DNA of 64,000 nt, taken from NCBI GenBank assembly GCA_951406725.2, contig OX597828.1, forward strand, positions 29,326,001 through 29,390,000, written 5' to 3'. A program made the translations under genes and the position numbers. Positions 1 to 12,292 of this stretch are shown here, piece by piece; within the stretch, counting starts at the first letter, position 1, and the number at the start of each line of letters is the position of its first letter. Below the pieces are notes generated by a model. That model was not told the DNA's origin. It worked only from the letters and a program-made list of their open reading frames with translations, and did no database searches. The DNA is from Octopus vulgaris (lineage: Eukaryota).

Positions 1-310
1 CTTGACTTGTACTTTATTTATCGACCCCGAAGGGATGAAACGCAAATTTGACCTCGGAAAGATTTGAACCTTGAACGTAAAGAGCTGGGAGAAATACAGC
101 AAAGCATTTTCTTCGCAACGAGCTGGGGGAATCGTTAGAGCGTTGGGGGGAAAAAAACATACTCAGCGGTGTTTGTTCCGGTTCTTTATGTTCTAGGTTC
201 AAACCCCACCAAAATCAACCTTGCCTTTCAATTTCTCAGGGTCGATGAAGTATCAGTCAGGTCCTGGGGTCGACGGTGACGACTGATGCCCTTTCCTTCA
301 GACTGCTGGC
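1..310. mobile_element. Two degenerate, oppositely oriented copies of SINE family C (tRNA-like head, central CTTTGCCTTTCATCCTTTCGGGGTCGAT motif)
   Basis: 1-140 matches the reverse complement of the family (atcgaccccgaagggatgaaacgcaaatttgacctcgg); 140-310 matches the forward strand (gaatcgttagagcg...aggttcaaaccc...ttgcctttcaatttctcagggtcgat). Confidence 0.75.
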
Positions 311-399
311 ATTATGCGTGATTGACGGCAGATTTGTAACTGGGCCTTCTATCCTCTATATAACGATGCTCGCCATTAATACGTGTAGCCTTATTAATC

Positions 400-500
400 A
401 TTGAGTCATTCACCACTGATCCGGGATTAACACGGTTCACTCAATTGTGAATCATGTTACGCTTATCACGAATCTATCTGTGATAACACGGATCGCGCAG
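400..500 (+). repeat. Unclassified dispersed repeat, second copy at about 21693-21785
   Basis: ttcaccactgatccgggattaacacgg...gttacgcttatcacgaatc..tgtgataacacggatc aligns by eye with ttcagcactgatcctggataacaag...gttacgtttatcacgaactgatctgtgtgaaaacacggatc. Confidence 0.6.
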
Positions 501-981
501 AAACTCACTGCAGCAATTACCCACAATGCCACGCTACCCAGAATGCCCTGACTGTCGCTTCTGCTTACATGACCCTGCTGCAAAACTACATTTTTTTAAT
601 GTACTGATTTACGTACTCGTACCCTACAAAATGGGAATGCGAAGGCATCTGATCTTAACAAACGACGCAGACGAGTGTATTCGCTGAAAGGAAAGGTTGA
701 GAGAATTAAGGAAATACGTCGCGATGGAAGCTTGGCTCTAGAAGACTCAGTCTCCACAATTCTCTCAGGAATAGCGGGCGGAGAAAATGGATGGATGGAG
801 AAGAGGACACCAAAGTAGCATCGGGAGGAGCAAAGAATGGTTAGAATCTATAGTCGTGTTCTTTAGAGTGTCAGTCGAAGTCAAAGACTTTCGTTATCTG
901 TTGCACGGCGTTTTCACGGTTCCGGAATGTATGTTTCAGTTTGCATGTGCTTGAGTCAGGTGTGAGTGCGCGCATTTGAGT

Positions 982-985
<4 letters not shown>

Positions 986-1034
<49 letters not shown>
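986..1034. repeat. (GA)n microsatellite, representative of many (e.g. 1182-1268, 12628-12678, 28368-28432, 63433-63503)
   Basis: Seen directly; produces the poly-RE and poly-SL artefact ORFs. Confidence 0.98.
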
Positions 1035-1039
<5 letters not shown>

Positions 1040-1180
1040 CTTTATTCACCACAAGGTTGAGAAAAAGAGGGGACAATACGGGGACAGACAAAACAAACGT
1101 TGGGGTCATGAAAGTATGAATAAACAAACAATTAGAATATATACAATTAAATGAGAATGAGTGATTAACAAAAAATGAAG

Positions 1181-1253
<73 letters not shown>

Positions 1254-1359
1254 CGAGAGAGAGAGAGACTGGTGGCGATGGTAGCGAGGAAACTTAAGCT
1301 TGAATGCGTGTTTGAAGAGAAAACACCGTCCCTAATATGTTTGTTAGTGTTGTTGTTGT

Positions 1360-1860
1360 CGTTGTTTGGCCCCTGGTCAACCCGGATCGAGCAGATCACT
1401 GATTAAAAGCATTCACGCCTAGCCATCTCGTCTTTTTAACCCCGATGGTCAAAGGCATGACCGTCCCAACATCTTTTTCGAGAAGCCTAGGGCCACATTG
1501 TGTCCTTTCCTTATTTCGATATGTAGATTAGATACTATTTGAGGAAGGTTGGGTTGCTCTACCTTGCATGCCGAGTGACTGCGCAGAGGCTCATCCATTG
1601 GAAAGGGGGCGTTGTTGGGAGTAATGGTGATAACGATGATGACGGGGTGACAGTGATGTTGATGATAGTTATGGTGATGTTGTTTAACCCCCAGGTAAGT
1701 CGTGATCGAGTAAACCTATGACAAAAGGCACTCGGGTCTCGAACATCCCTTCTAGGATTACATTATCAAATGTGCTCTCTTTAAAAGGATGGCTGCGTGT
1801 GATTTGACGAAAATTTGGCAGCTATTTCTAGCATCTTTGAACGGCTGTTTACAGACTGCC
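1360..1860 (+). repeat. Old unclassified interspersed repeat; further copies at about 9920-10150 (-), 11330-11520 (-), 11750-11970 and 39520-39710
   Basis: Recurrent degenerate motifs gtttaacccc.aggtca.ccctgatcgagcaga.ctatgat.aaaggcattc and tttggctgctatttctagca, usually next to trinucleotide microsatellites. Confidence 0.55.
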
Positions 1861-3351
1861 CTGTTTGATGGTGATGGTGAGGATGATACTTGATGATGAT
1901 GGTGGAAGTGTAAATAATACCGAAGATAGCAGATAGTGATGCTGTTATTATTGTTTTCTTTTCTTTCTAATTTTGGCACAAGGCCAGTAATTTTTTTGAG
2001 GGGAGGGGGAAGTCGATCGCATCAACGCCAGTATTCAATTGGTACTTATATTATTGACCCCGAAAGGATGTGATTCAAGGTCGACCTCGGTAATAGACTG
2101 GACCTATGCTGACAGATAGTCGACTGTCCTGCCTTTCATTTAGGTGCAGTGTATCTAAGACTAAATGAGATAATGTACTCTTTCCAAAATATACAAGTAC
2201 GGTGTGATTCCAGGGAGATTTGGCTGTTATTTCTAGCCGGACGAGTGAGGGTACGCCCTCACTGCTTTGTTGTTAATGTTGCTGTTCTCGTTGTTTTTGT
2301 CTACTTAAACCGGAAGGTTGTAATAAGAATGAGATTTGACTTCTCTTTCTAGCAGATCGAGTAACCATGCAAAGGCTTCATCGACGTACAATGAGGAGGG
2401 TGATTGCTTGAGACCTGTTGATGAAGATGGCGGTGGTGTTGGTGTTGGTGGTGGTGGTGGTGGTGGTGGTAGTTGTGATGCTGCTGATGTTAGAGTATCA
2501 GTGGTTATTGTTGTGTGCTGCTGCTGCTGCTGCTGTAGGTGTTGCAGAATGTGCTGCAGTTTATGCGGCCGAAGCTCGTTACTTGTCCCTCCTCTTACTT
2601 CGCCTCTTGGCCTTCCTTATGAACCCCTTCCTTCCCGTCACACTTTCTCTTACCCCCCATTCTCTTCCTTTTACCTCATTCCTTGTTTCCTCTTATTCTC
2701 TCTCTCTCTCTCTCTTCATCTCACTCCTGTCTCTTTTACCCCCTCCCTTTCCCCTTCTTCTTCTACTTTCACTTTCTCTTTCCTCTATTCATTTACCTCT
2801 CTTGTCCTAATTTATTTTCCCTGCTCCGCGACCCATCACAATTCCCCCAGTTGTGTTTCGTTTCGTTCCGCTGGAAGCCTTTCCTCATCTCACTTTTCAC
2901 TCAACTCCCATTTCTATTTCAGTATCAATCCTTATTTCTCTTCATAGTCCCATTCAACGCTTCGTCCCTTCTCTTTCCCCGCCCCCATCTCTGGTAAACC
3001 CCCCCTCTCTCGTTCTTCACTTCTCTCTTTCTCTCCTTATTCTCATAATCTTGTCTTTCCCCCCCTTACACTGTCTTCTTTCACCGGGTCTCTACAAATC
3101 TCATAACACACACACACACACACACACACTCTCGCGCGCACGGAGTTTTCCTTCATATCTCTTACTCACACACTGGCTTTCTCGTTTTTATTTTATTATT
3201 TATTTTATTTATTTATTTCTCTCTTGTTTCTCAATGTTTCTGCCAAACTTTTATCGATTCAATAACAGCCGACCGTGAACAACAATCTGAATGATGGCGG
3301 CTTTAACTTTAGATACAGTACTGCATTAATCATCGTCACCACCGTCCACAT

Positions 3352-3540
3352 CCCTCCTCCTCCTCCTCCTCCTCCTCCTCCTCCTCCTCCTCCTCCTCCT
3401 CCTCCTCCTCCTCCTCCTCCTCCTCCTCCTCCTTCTCCTCCGCCTCCTCCTCCTCCTCCTTCACCACCACCACCACCTCCTCCTCTTTCTCTCTTTCCTC
3501 CTCCTCCTTCCCCACCACCACTACCACCACCTCGACCTCC
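3352..3540. repeat. (CCT)n/(CCA)n microsatellite
   Basis: Seen directly; source of the poly-P and poly-E ORFs. Confidence 0.95.
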
Positions 3541-3575
3541 TTGTCAATATATATATATGCACATATGTATGCGAG

Positions 3576-3607
<32 letters not shown>

Positions 3608-3795
3608 CGTCTATTTATACGTGGACACACACACACACGCACACATGCATAATAATCTCCCATTCATATGTATATATAAAAATATCTTGTGCATATATCT
3701 AATTGGCACATTAAAACTGGAGTTTAGTTACATATATTTTTCCTACATAGAAGCAGAGAGATGTGTATATTAATGTGCTTATATGTATTTTAAAA

Positions 3796-3863
<68 letters not shown>

Positions 3864-3879
3864 CTGTGTGTTTGTGTGT

Positions 3880-4090
3880 ATATGTTTGTGTGTCTGTGGT
3901 TGCCTCCCCACCATCGCTTGGCAACCAATGTTGGTGTGTTGGTGTGTTTACGTCCCCATAACTTAGCGGTTCGGCAAAAAGAAGATAGAATAAGTACTAG
4001 GCTTACAATGAAGAAGTCCGGGCGTTGATTCCTTCGACTAAAAGGCGATGCTCCAGCAGGGCCGCAGTCAAATGACTGGAACAAATAAAG
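3880..4090 (+). mobile_element. 3' half of SINE family A
   Basis: gcttggcaaccaatgttggtgtg..tttacgtccccataacttagcggttcggcaaaa...gcgatgctccagcagggccgcagtcaaatgactg matches the full copy at 13593-13985. Confidence 0.85.
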
Positions 4091-4454
4091 GAATGTATAT
4101 ATTCACATGTATGGCACACACGCGCACACACACACACACATACACACACACACATGCACACACATAACTTAATGTACACTACTTTCTTGCCATTACGACA
4201 CGTATTTAGGCAGGTTTTTATAACCTTCCTAACCACGTGTTTTATTAGCAATAAACTATTATCTCTTATTTTAATGCAGTGTACTTTAAATTATATTTAC
4301 CTCTCACTGGAGGGAGTGCGTATGTATGTATGTATGTATGTATGTATGTATGTATGTATGTATGTATGTATGTATGTATGCATGTATGTATGTATGTATG
4401 TATGTATGTATGTATGTATGTATGTATGTATGTATGTATGTATGTATATATATA

Positions 4455-4700
4455 TACCTTCGAAACGCGGAGTAGATGAAACAAAGGCGACTGAAGAAGT
4501 GGAATTTTCCTTGTGTTGTATGTCCTGTACCGTATTTTTTCGTTGTTTAAAAAAAAATGTCCATTTCCTTGGTTTTGCATTTATGTTTTCATTTCTCATT
4601 GTGTTCGACGTTCTTTTGGGTGTCCTGTACCCATATATGCATGTTTATATACATGTAGATGTAGGTACGTACATATATGTATGTATATATGCATATGTTT
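4455..4700 (+). repeat. Microsatellite-embedded interspersed repeat, second copy at 32787-33060
   Basis: atgaaac..ggcgactgaagaag...ttccttgtgtt...tgtcctgtac...tttctcattgtgttcgacgtt...catgtaga.gtaggtacgtacata is shared by both loci; both end at (TA)n. Confidence 0.8.
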
Positions 4701-4829
<129 letters not shown>

Positions 4830-4906
4830 ATAAATATTAGGGAATAAATCCAAATTTACAGGGAAAAATCAGATTTAGGATTGAATCCAATTTTATAGTA
4901 AAATAT

Positions 4907-5265
4907 TATATAATATTAATTAGAGACAAAACCACTATTATGCAAATCAAACAAAGAAAGACTTAATCCAATACATAAAAAATTTTATATAAATTAAATA
5001 AAATTAAGTTATCCACTACAATTGTTTCTTGTCACTTCTAAGGACATTCATCAGGTGGTTTTCAGACCTTCTATTCAATTTTAAATTATGAAGTCATAAT
5101 TTAAAATTGAATAGAAGGTCTGAAAACCACCTGATGAATGTCCTTAGAAGTGACAAGAAACAATTGTAGTGGATAACTTAATTTTATTTAACTTATATAA
5201 AATTTTTTATGTATTGGATTAAGTCTTTCTTTGTTTGATTTGCATAATAGTGGTTTTGTCTCTAA

Positions 5266-5278
<13 letters not shown>
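4907..5278. repeat. Near-perfect palindrome (185-bp arms, 2-nt spacer), resembling an inverted Penelope pseudo-LTR pair
   Basis: 4907-5091 is the reverse complement of 5094-5278 with one mismatch seen (4993/5192). The left copy extends to about 4830. (TA)n lies on both sides, and each arm carries a hammerhead motif. Confidence 0.95.
5127..5172 (+). ncRNA. Minimal type I hammerhead ribozyme motif (mirror copy at 5013-5058 on the - strand)
   Basis: CCAC-CUGAUGA-A-UGUC(cuuagaagu)GACA-A-GAAAC-aauu-GUA/GUGG. Helix I is CCAC:GUGG, both core boxes are canonical, helix III is the palindrome ACAAUUGU, and the cleavage triplet is GUA. The base of helix II is an A-A mismatch. Confidence 0.8.
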
Positions 5279-5326
<48 letters not shown>

Positions 5327-5346
5327 CGTATGTATGTATATATACA

Positions 5347-6334
5347 CAGGGTCAGGAAGCAAAACTTAGAATATTTTGGAAGCCTTACTTTTCGTATTAT
5401 TCCTGGTGGTAAATTCTAAAATATTCTTTTCTGTTTCAGGGTGGAGGTATATAGAGTTAATTTAAGCAAAAGTTCCAGTCATACGATCTAACATGTCCAC
5501 TCAAGAAGCCAAGAGACAACGCACTGCAGATTTGCTTCGTGCCCGGTTGCAATTAGCGGTATTGCTGAAACTTTTGGGCCCTCTGTGAGCAATGTCTACA
5601 ACGTTAATAACCGAATGCTGTATATTGGAGGCATCAAGAGAAAGCAAGAAAGAGGAGACATAAATAAAAAATAAGATAATGCATTTCTTAAATCTCTTAA
5701 AGCCATAATTTCGGAAGACCCAACAACATCCTTAAGAAAACTGTCCATGGATATAAAAGTTGATCCAAAGACCTTCAGAAATGCCGTACACACTGATTTA
5801 CAGTTGGGGGTCAGACGTGAGGACTCCAAGACACCTATTAACCCATGCACTCAAATCCAGAAGGCATGAAAGGGCCAAAAATGTGTTGCGATACCTGAAG
5901 CACAATGGACAAACCGTCAAAATCTTTTCAGATAACAAAATCTTTACCGTTGATGCAATTTTAAACCGTCCCAATCATCGATACATTGTTAAGTCACCTG
6001 AAGTAGAGGGCGTCTTTAGAACCAAGCACCCAGCTCAAGTCATGGTACTCGGATTCGTGGCGTCTGACGGAAAAAAAAGTGCCTCTCCATTATTTTCAAG
6101 TCTGGGGAAAAAGGTAGTGGTGGTGGTGGTGGTGGTGGGGTGCTGACGTTTATTATAAAGTCCTGCGGTATAAAGTATTGCCTTAGCTGAAGTCTAACTA
6201 CTTCAACTGTAATCGTGTGTAGACCCAAGATGGTGCCCCTGCTCATACGGCGAAGAAAGTGCAAAAATTCTGCGAAGACAACTTCGCTAGATAATTTGGT
6301 GAATTATCTACTATTTTCCGAGTTTTGCTTCCTG
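5347..6334 (+). mobile_element. Decayed Tc1/mariner-superfamily transposon, DD37D (maT)-like, internally deleted
   Basis: TIR-like caggaagcaaaact at 5353 and its reverse complement agttttgcttcctg ending at 6334, followed by TA. ATG at 5493 (MSTQEAKRQR). Motifs IFSDNKIFTVD, RTKHPAQVMVLG and QDGAPAHTAKKVQKFC. Several stops and frameshifts; the third catalytic residue region is missing. Confidence 0.8.
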
Positions 6335-6429
6335 TATATAAAGTGAACTCAGCATACAGTTGCACAAAGAGCCATAACAACATACTACGCCACTCAACAT
6401 AAGGCAAAGCTAGATAGGAAACCTTCAGT

Positions 6430-7331
6430 GAATTTCACACTTATTCTCTACAGAAATCTGTACAGTGAAATCCATTAGTATTTTCCCATCGAATTTGTTT
6501 TATATTGTGAGATTTAGTGAGTCGCTCTTTGCTGTATGATGAGCATGTTGAATCCACGGGAGAGTATTGTACTTGTATGTCCAGTGCAACAGTTGGAGTC
6601 ATTAAGTTTACAACTGTCTTGTTTACAATGGTTATTCTGAATGGTATTTGTCATTTGAAGCTTGTTTTCTGGTTTACATGGTTGTGGTTTGTCGTTGATA
6701 AAGCCGATTTTGTTATTGATGTTTTTAAAGTATATTATTAGCGTCAACTTATGGTTTGGAGTTCCGCATTTTATGATCCATTTTATGAGATTTTTGTTAA
6801 TGTGTTCGTCTGTTCTATAGTTAGCATGCAATTGATTAATAAACTTTATGTGTGATTTGTGTTCTTTTTAATGAATATAATGTCTGGAATATTTATTGCA
6901 TTGTACTTGTGTCTACAAACTTCTGTGGCTTGATTTACTAGTCTGTTAGAACATCCGTTGTTAATTAGTAGTTGCTTTATCTTGTAGATTTTTTTTTGTT
7001 TAATACTTCTTTTATGAAAGAGATTTTGTGGATTTTCTTTATTTAATATTTTTGCTTGCAAAAGAGAATCTAAACGCTTTTTTAAGTAGGGATTTTATCG
7101 CCGACATTTTGCAGCTGTGTGGACATTCACCGTTTCCATGTAAACATATACATTCATATGCGTCTTTGATATGCATAGAAGATATCGATATCCACATGTG
7201 GGATGTCCCTAGATATTTATATTTAGAAATGGAGTCGTGTTTGCATTATTGCGGATGGTAAATTTTGGAATGAATTTGTTTTCTAAGTTGTCTTCTAATT
7301 TTTCGATGTCTTCCAGCGTGTCCAGATAAAT
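6430..7331 (-). mobile_element. Penelope-like retroelement remnant (RT thumb, linker, degenerate GIY-YIG region)
   Basis: Minus-strand peptides TPFLNINI, CLHGNGECPHSCKMSAIKSLLKKAFRFS, IKQLLINNGCSNRLVN, MHANYRTDEH...KLTLIIYF and CTGHTSTILSRGFNM occur in the order typical of Penelope ORF C-termini; many frameshifts. Confidence 0.75.
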
Positions 7332-7416
7332 TCAAGGCGGTGCTACAGCATGGCCGCAGTCTAATAAGTTAAACAAAAGATAAAAGATATGTATACATAT
7401 ATATAAGTATGCACAA

Positions 7417-7479
<63 letters not shown>

Positions 7480-7569
7480 CATATGTATGTGCGCGCGTGT
7501 GTGTGTGTGTAAATATGTATGTATACATGTATACATATATACACACACATATTTGTGATATAAATATGG

Positions 7570-8210
7570 GTTCCAAATCTTGGCACAAGGCCAGTAAGTT
7601 CGAAGGATGTATAAATCGATTACATCGACCCCACCCCACCTCTAATATTCAACGAGTACTTGTTTTATTGACCCCGAACACAAAAGGGTGGGAGAAAAGC
7701 TGCCGAGCGTTTTACCCGACTCGCTAACGGTTCTACCAGCGCGAAACCTTTAACCTTTAATAATCCATTCTACTATAAGCCCAAGGTTTGAAATTTGTGG
7801 AAAGGGGATAGTCGATTACATCGATCCCAGTGCGTAACTGGTACTTAATTTATCGACCCCTAAATGATGAAAAGCAAAGCCAACCTCGGCGGAATTTGAA
7901 CTCAGAACGTAAAGACAGACGAAATACCGCTAAGCATTTCGCCCGTCGGGCTAACGATTCTAACCAGTTCGCCGCCTTTGATCTTTAATAATAATTCTTT
8001 CTAGAATAAGCACAAGGCCTGCATTTTTGATAAGAGCGGGTTAGCCGATCACATCGCTCCCCCCCCCCAATGCTCAACAGTTATTTATGTTATAGACCAT
8101 GAAAAGGATGAGAGGTGAAGTCGATCTCAGTGACATTTGAACTCAGTACGTACAGATTCACAAGAAATACACCAAAACATTTTTGTCAGCGTGCGAAAGA
8201 TTTTCTCGCC
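7570..8210 (-). mobile_element. Three head-to-tail copies of SINE family C
   Basis: Units at about 7570-7750, 7770-7980 and 8000-8210, each with cacaaggcc...tcgattacatcgacccc...ttattgacccc-type motifs; the middle copy is best preserved. Confidence 0.8.
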
Positions 8211-8554
8211 ATTATAGCGCAATAACAGAGAACAGAAGAGAAAGGACGAAAGAAGTAGGGGAGGCCAGATGTGGAGTGGTGAAGAAAAGTTTCATTCATG
8301 TATTTTTCGTTCATTCATCCATCAATTAATTAATTAATTAATTAATTAGTTAATTAATTTGTTCCAAAGCTCGTTCATTCGTTCTCCATTTTGTTCATTG
8401 AATCATTCGTTCGTCCGTTCGTATTCTCGTTCAAACTTGCAATATTTTCTTCATCCATACTTTCATTTATCCATCCGTTCATTTATTCGTTCCCATGCTA
8501 CTTCTATCATTCTTTATTTACCTATTTCATTCATTCATTCCCTCATTTATTAGT

Positions 8555-8559
8555 TCTTC

Positions 8560-8596
<37 letters not shown>

Positions 8597-8798
8597 TTTC
8601 TTTCTTTCTTTCTCTTATTCTTTCTTTTATTCTTTCTTTCATTCTTTCTTTAATTCTTTCTCTCTCTCTTTCTTTCTTTCATTCTTTCTTTAATTCTTTC
8701 TCTCTCTCTTTCTTTCTTTAATTCTTTCTTTAATTCTTTCTCTCTTTCTCTCTTTCTTTCTTTCTTTCTTTCATTCTTTCTTTCTTTCTTTCTTTCTC

Positions 8799-8838
<40 letters not shown>

Positions 8839-9373
8839 TCCCCACTTTCTTTCTTTCTTTTATTCTTTCTTTAATTCTTTCTCTCTCTCTTTCTTTCTTT
8901 CATTAGTTCTTTCGTTCTTTCTTTTGTTCTTTCTCTCATTCTTCCTTCCTTCCTCCCTTCCTTCCTTTCTTCCTTCTTTTCTTTCAGTCACCCTTTTCCC
9001 GCTCCCAATTTCTTGTTTCCTCTTCTGCTTGAACTATCTTTATCATTCATTTTTTCGCTGGTATGTATGCATGTATGTATGTATGTATGTATATATGTAT
9101 GTATGTGTGTATGTATGTATGTATGTATGTAAGTATGTATGTATATATACATGTATGTATGTATGTATGTATGCATGTATGCATGTATGTATGTATGTAT
9201 GTATGTATGTATGTATGTACCTATGTATGTATGCATGTATGTATGTATGTATATATGTATGTATGCGTGTATGTATGTATGCATGTATGTATGTATGTAT
9301 GTATGCATGCATGTATGTGTTTATGTATGTATGTATGTGTGTATGTATGTATCTATGTATGTATGTGTGTGTG

Positions 9374-9407
<34 letters not shown>

Positions 9408-9610
9408 TGTACGTGTGGGTGTGTATGTATGTATGTTTTGTATGTCTGTCTGCGTGTATGTGTGTAATGTATGTATGTATGTGTGTATGTATGTATGTAT
9501 GCATGAATGTATGCATGCATGCTTGTGTTTATGTTTGTGACTATGTATGCGTGCGTACGTACGTACGTTTTTCTTATGTTACTATTCGTGTGTGTGTGTG
9601 TGTGTGCGCG
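8555..9610. repeat. Compound microsatellite block: (TTTC)n, then (TATG)n/(TG)n
   Basis: Seen directly. Confidence 0.95.
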
Positions 9611-9679
9611 CGAGGTTGCTACAAGCACTGCAGGGGGTGGGGTGCTTTTAACGATTCAACAAATTAAAAGTAACATCCA

Positions 9680-9772
9680 CAGCAGCAGCAGTAGTAGTAG
9701 TAGTAGTAGTAGGAGTAGTAGTAGTAGTAGGAGTAGTAGTAGTAGTAGAAAGTAGTAGTAGTAGAAGTAGTT

Positions 9773-9851
<79 letters not shown>

Positions 9852-9870
9852 GAGTAGTAGGAGTAGGAGC
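9680..9870. repeat. (AGC)n/(AGT)n microsatellite; similar trinucleotide tracts at 10178-10326, 11586-11672, 12253-12530, 24000-24380 and 60546-60697
   Basis: Seen directly. Confidence 0.95.
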
Positions 9871-10177
9871 CGTAGCTGTGATAGCAGGAGTATTCATAAG
9901 CCAAATGTGGGCAGCGGTACGTGGTCACTCGGTGGAGTTAAAAATAGCAGTCAAACTCTTTCCAATCATGCATTCCTCGCTGTTTTAATGCGAAATGAGC
10001 GCGTTAGATAATCAAGTGCTTCGGAAATAAATCCTGTAAAATACAAGAATTATAAACAAACAAACAAACAAATAAATAAATAAATTGGAATGGTCATAGC
10101 TGGAATGTTTTTGATCATGTCTACAGAGTGAGAGATGGCCAAGGGTTAAACAACATCAGTAACATCAGCAACATAAT

Positions 10178-10210
<33 letters not shown>

Positions 10211-10211
10211 C

Positions 10212-10250
<39 letters not shown>

Positions 10251-10251
10251 G

Positions 10252-10296
<45 letters not shown>

Positions 10297-10777
10297 ATAG
10301 TAGTAGTAGTAGTAGTAGTAGTAGTAGAGACAATACAGTAACAGTATCAACAAAGCAACAGCCAGCATGGGGGGTCCTACGTAGTCACTCGGCCTGCGAG
10401 AAATAGCGGCCTAATCTTCCCCACACTGCACTTTAATATCTCCAAAAAGGATGGAAAAGAAATGAAGGTCATTGGCAAATGTAAACCTAGTTTCAAGTAT
10501 AGGGCGTAAATCCTGAAATTTAGGACTGGGGGTGGCGGGTAGTCGATACTATCGACCCAAGTACTTTGCTGGTACTTATTTCATCGAGTCCGAAAGAACG
10601 AAAAGGCTAATTGGACTCCGACAGGATTTGAACTCAGAGCGCAGAGAGATGAAACAGATACCTCATAGCATCCTAGCCGACGTTCTAACGACTCAGCTAA
10701 TTAGCCGTCCTGTGTGTTTGTGTGTGAGCGTGTGTATACATACAAACATGCATACATACATACATACATACATACAT

Positions 10778-10810
<33 letters not shown>

Positions 10811-11073
10811 TACATACATACATACACACACATACATACATATATACACACACACATACATACATACACACATACATACATACATACATACACATATACA
10901 TACATACATACATACATACATACACACACACATACATACACACATACATACATACATACACACACATACATACATACACAAACATACATACATACATACA
11001 TACACACATATATATACACACATATATAAATACATATACGTACATATTACATATATACTTATACGTACATACA

Positions 11074-11121
<48 letters not shown>

Positions 11122-11583
11122 CCCCAGCATGGCCACAGCTCATTAGCTGAAACTGGAAAAATCAAAATCAAATCATCATATATATATATATATATATATA
11201 TCAATGATAGGTTAGTTATGGCTGGCACGCCTTTAATCATAAGTCCGCTCAGTTGGGCCAAAAGGCCAAGGCTAAACGTTGCTAACGACAAACAACAAAA
11301 CAGCAAATAATGTAAGTTGTATGCAGCAACACAGCATGTTAGAAATAGCAACCAAGTTCCCCTAAATTCAAACATCACTGTCTTTAAAAAAAAAAAAAAA
11401 AGAAGGATACATTGAATAAAGTGGTTCTGAGTGCTCTGCAGCTTGAGAAAAGAAAGAAAGAAATAATGAGAGGATGGTCACGGCTGGAACGTTTTGTGAC
11501 CAAAGTTTTATTCAATGACGGTTGGCTCGGTGCTCAACAACATCAACAGCAACATACCAGCAAAGACTTTTGTGCTTTAGTTG

Positions 11584-11649
<66 letters not shown>

Positions 11650-12252
11650 CGACGACGACGACGACAACAACAATAGCACCAGCAACACAGGGCCATAGCA
11701 TTTGTGATTTCTTACATTGGACTAAGACTGAGGATCGGAATGTTGTTGTTGTTTGTTAACACCAAGTCGACACTGCTCAAGCATTCCTACGTATGATCTG
11801 AGATACTCTAAATGTGACCACCTCGTTTATTAAAGGGTACGTAGGCCTGCATCATCCACTATTTCTCTTCCTCATTTAACAAAATTTTATTCGAATTGAA
11901 GAAAAAAAAAAGAATCTACTGCTAGTTTTAGCAGATCGGACTACTACATTGAGGTTTCCTTCATTGGTTCATGAAGGTGAAGTATTAGTTTATTGATTGA
12001 TTGAATCAAATATAGAACAGATCTGATACTTGATATATCGATCTGGGATTTAGGTTAGAGTGGGACGAAACCTGACAGGCTGGGAAATCGAATTGAAAAC
12101 GTTAAACGTTAAACGTTAAAATGGCGGCGACGGGTTGGATGGAAAACGGATTCCTATGTAAGATGTTTTCATGACATGGGGCAAACTGTTTCTACCCGGA
12201 ACTGATGAGAATATGATTAAAAGAAATATCTGCATACCACCATTACTATAAA

Positions 12253-12292
<40 letters not shown>

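Noticed and set aside
2340-2617. Minus-strand open frame with poly-Q and poly-P (LQHLQQQQQQQ...PPPPPPPPP) resembling a transcription-factor exon
   Set aside because: No start codon, a purine-rich upstream region without an acceptor tract, and trinucleotide repeats explain the open frame.
12202-12232. CTGATGA...GAAAT possible hammerhead
   Set aside because: No helix II or helix I pairing.
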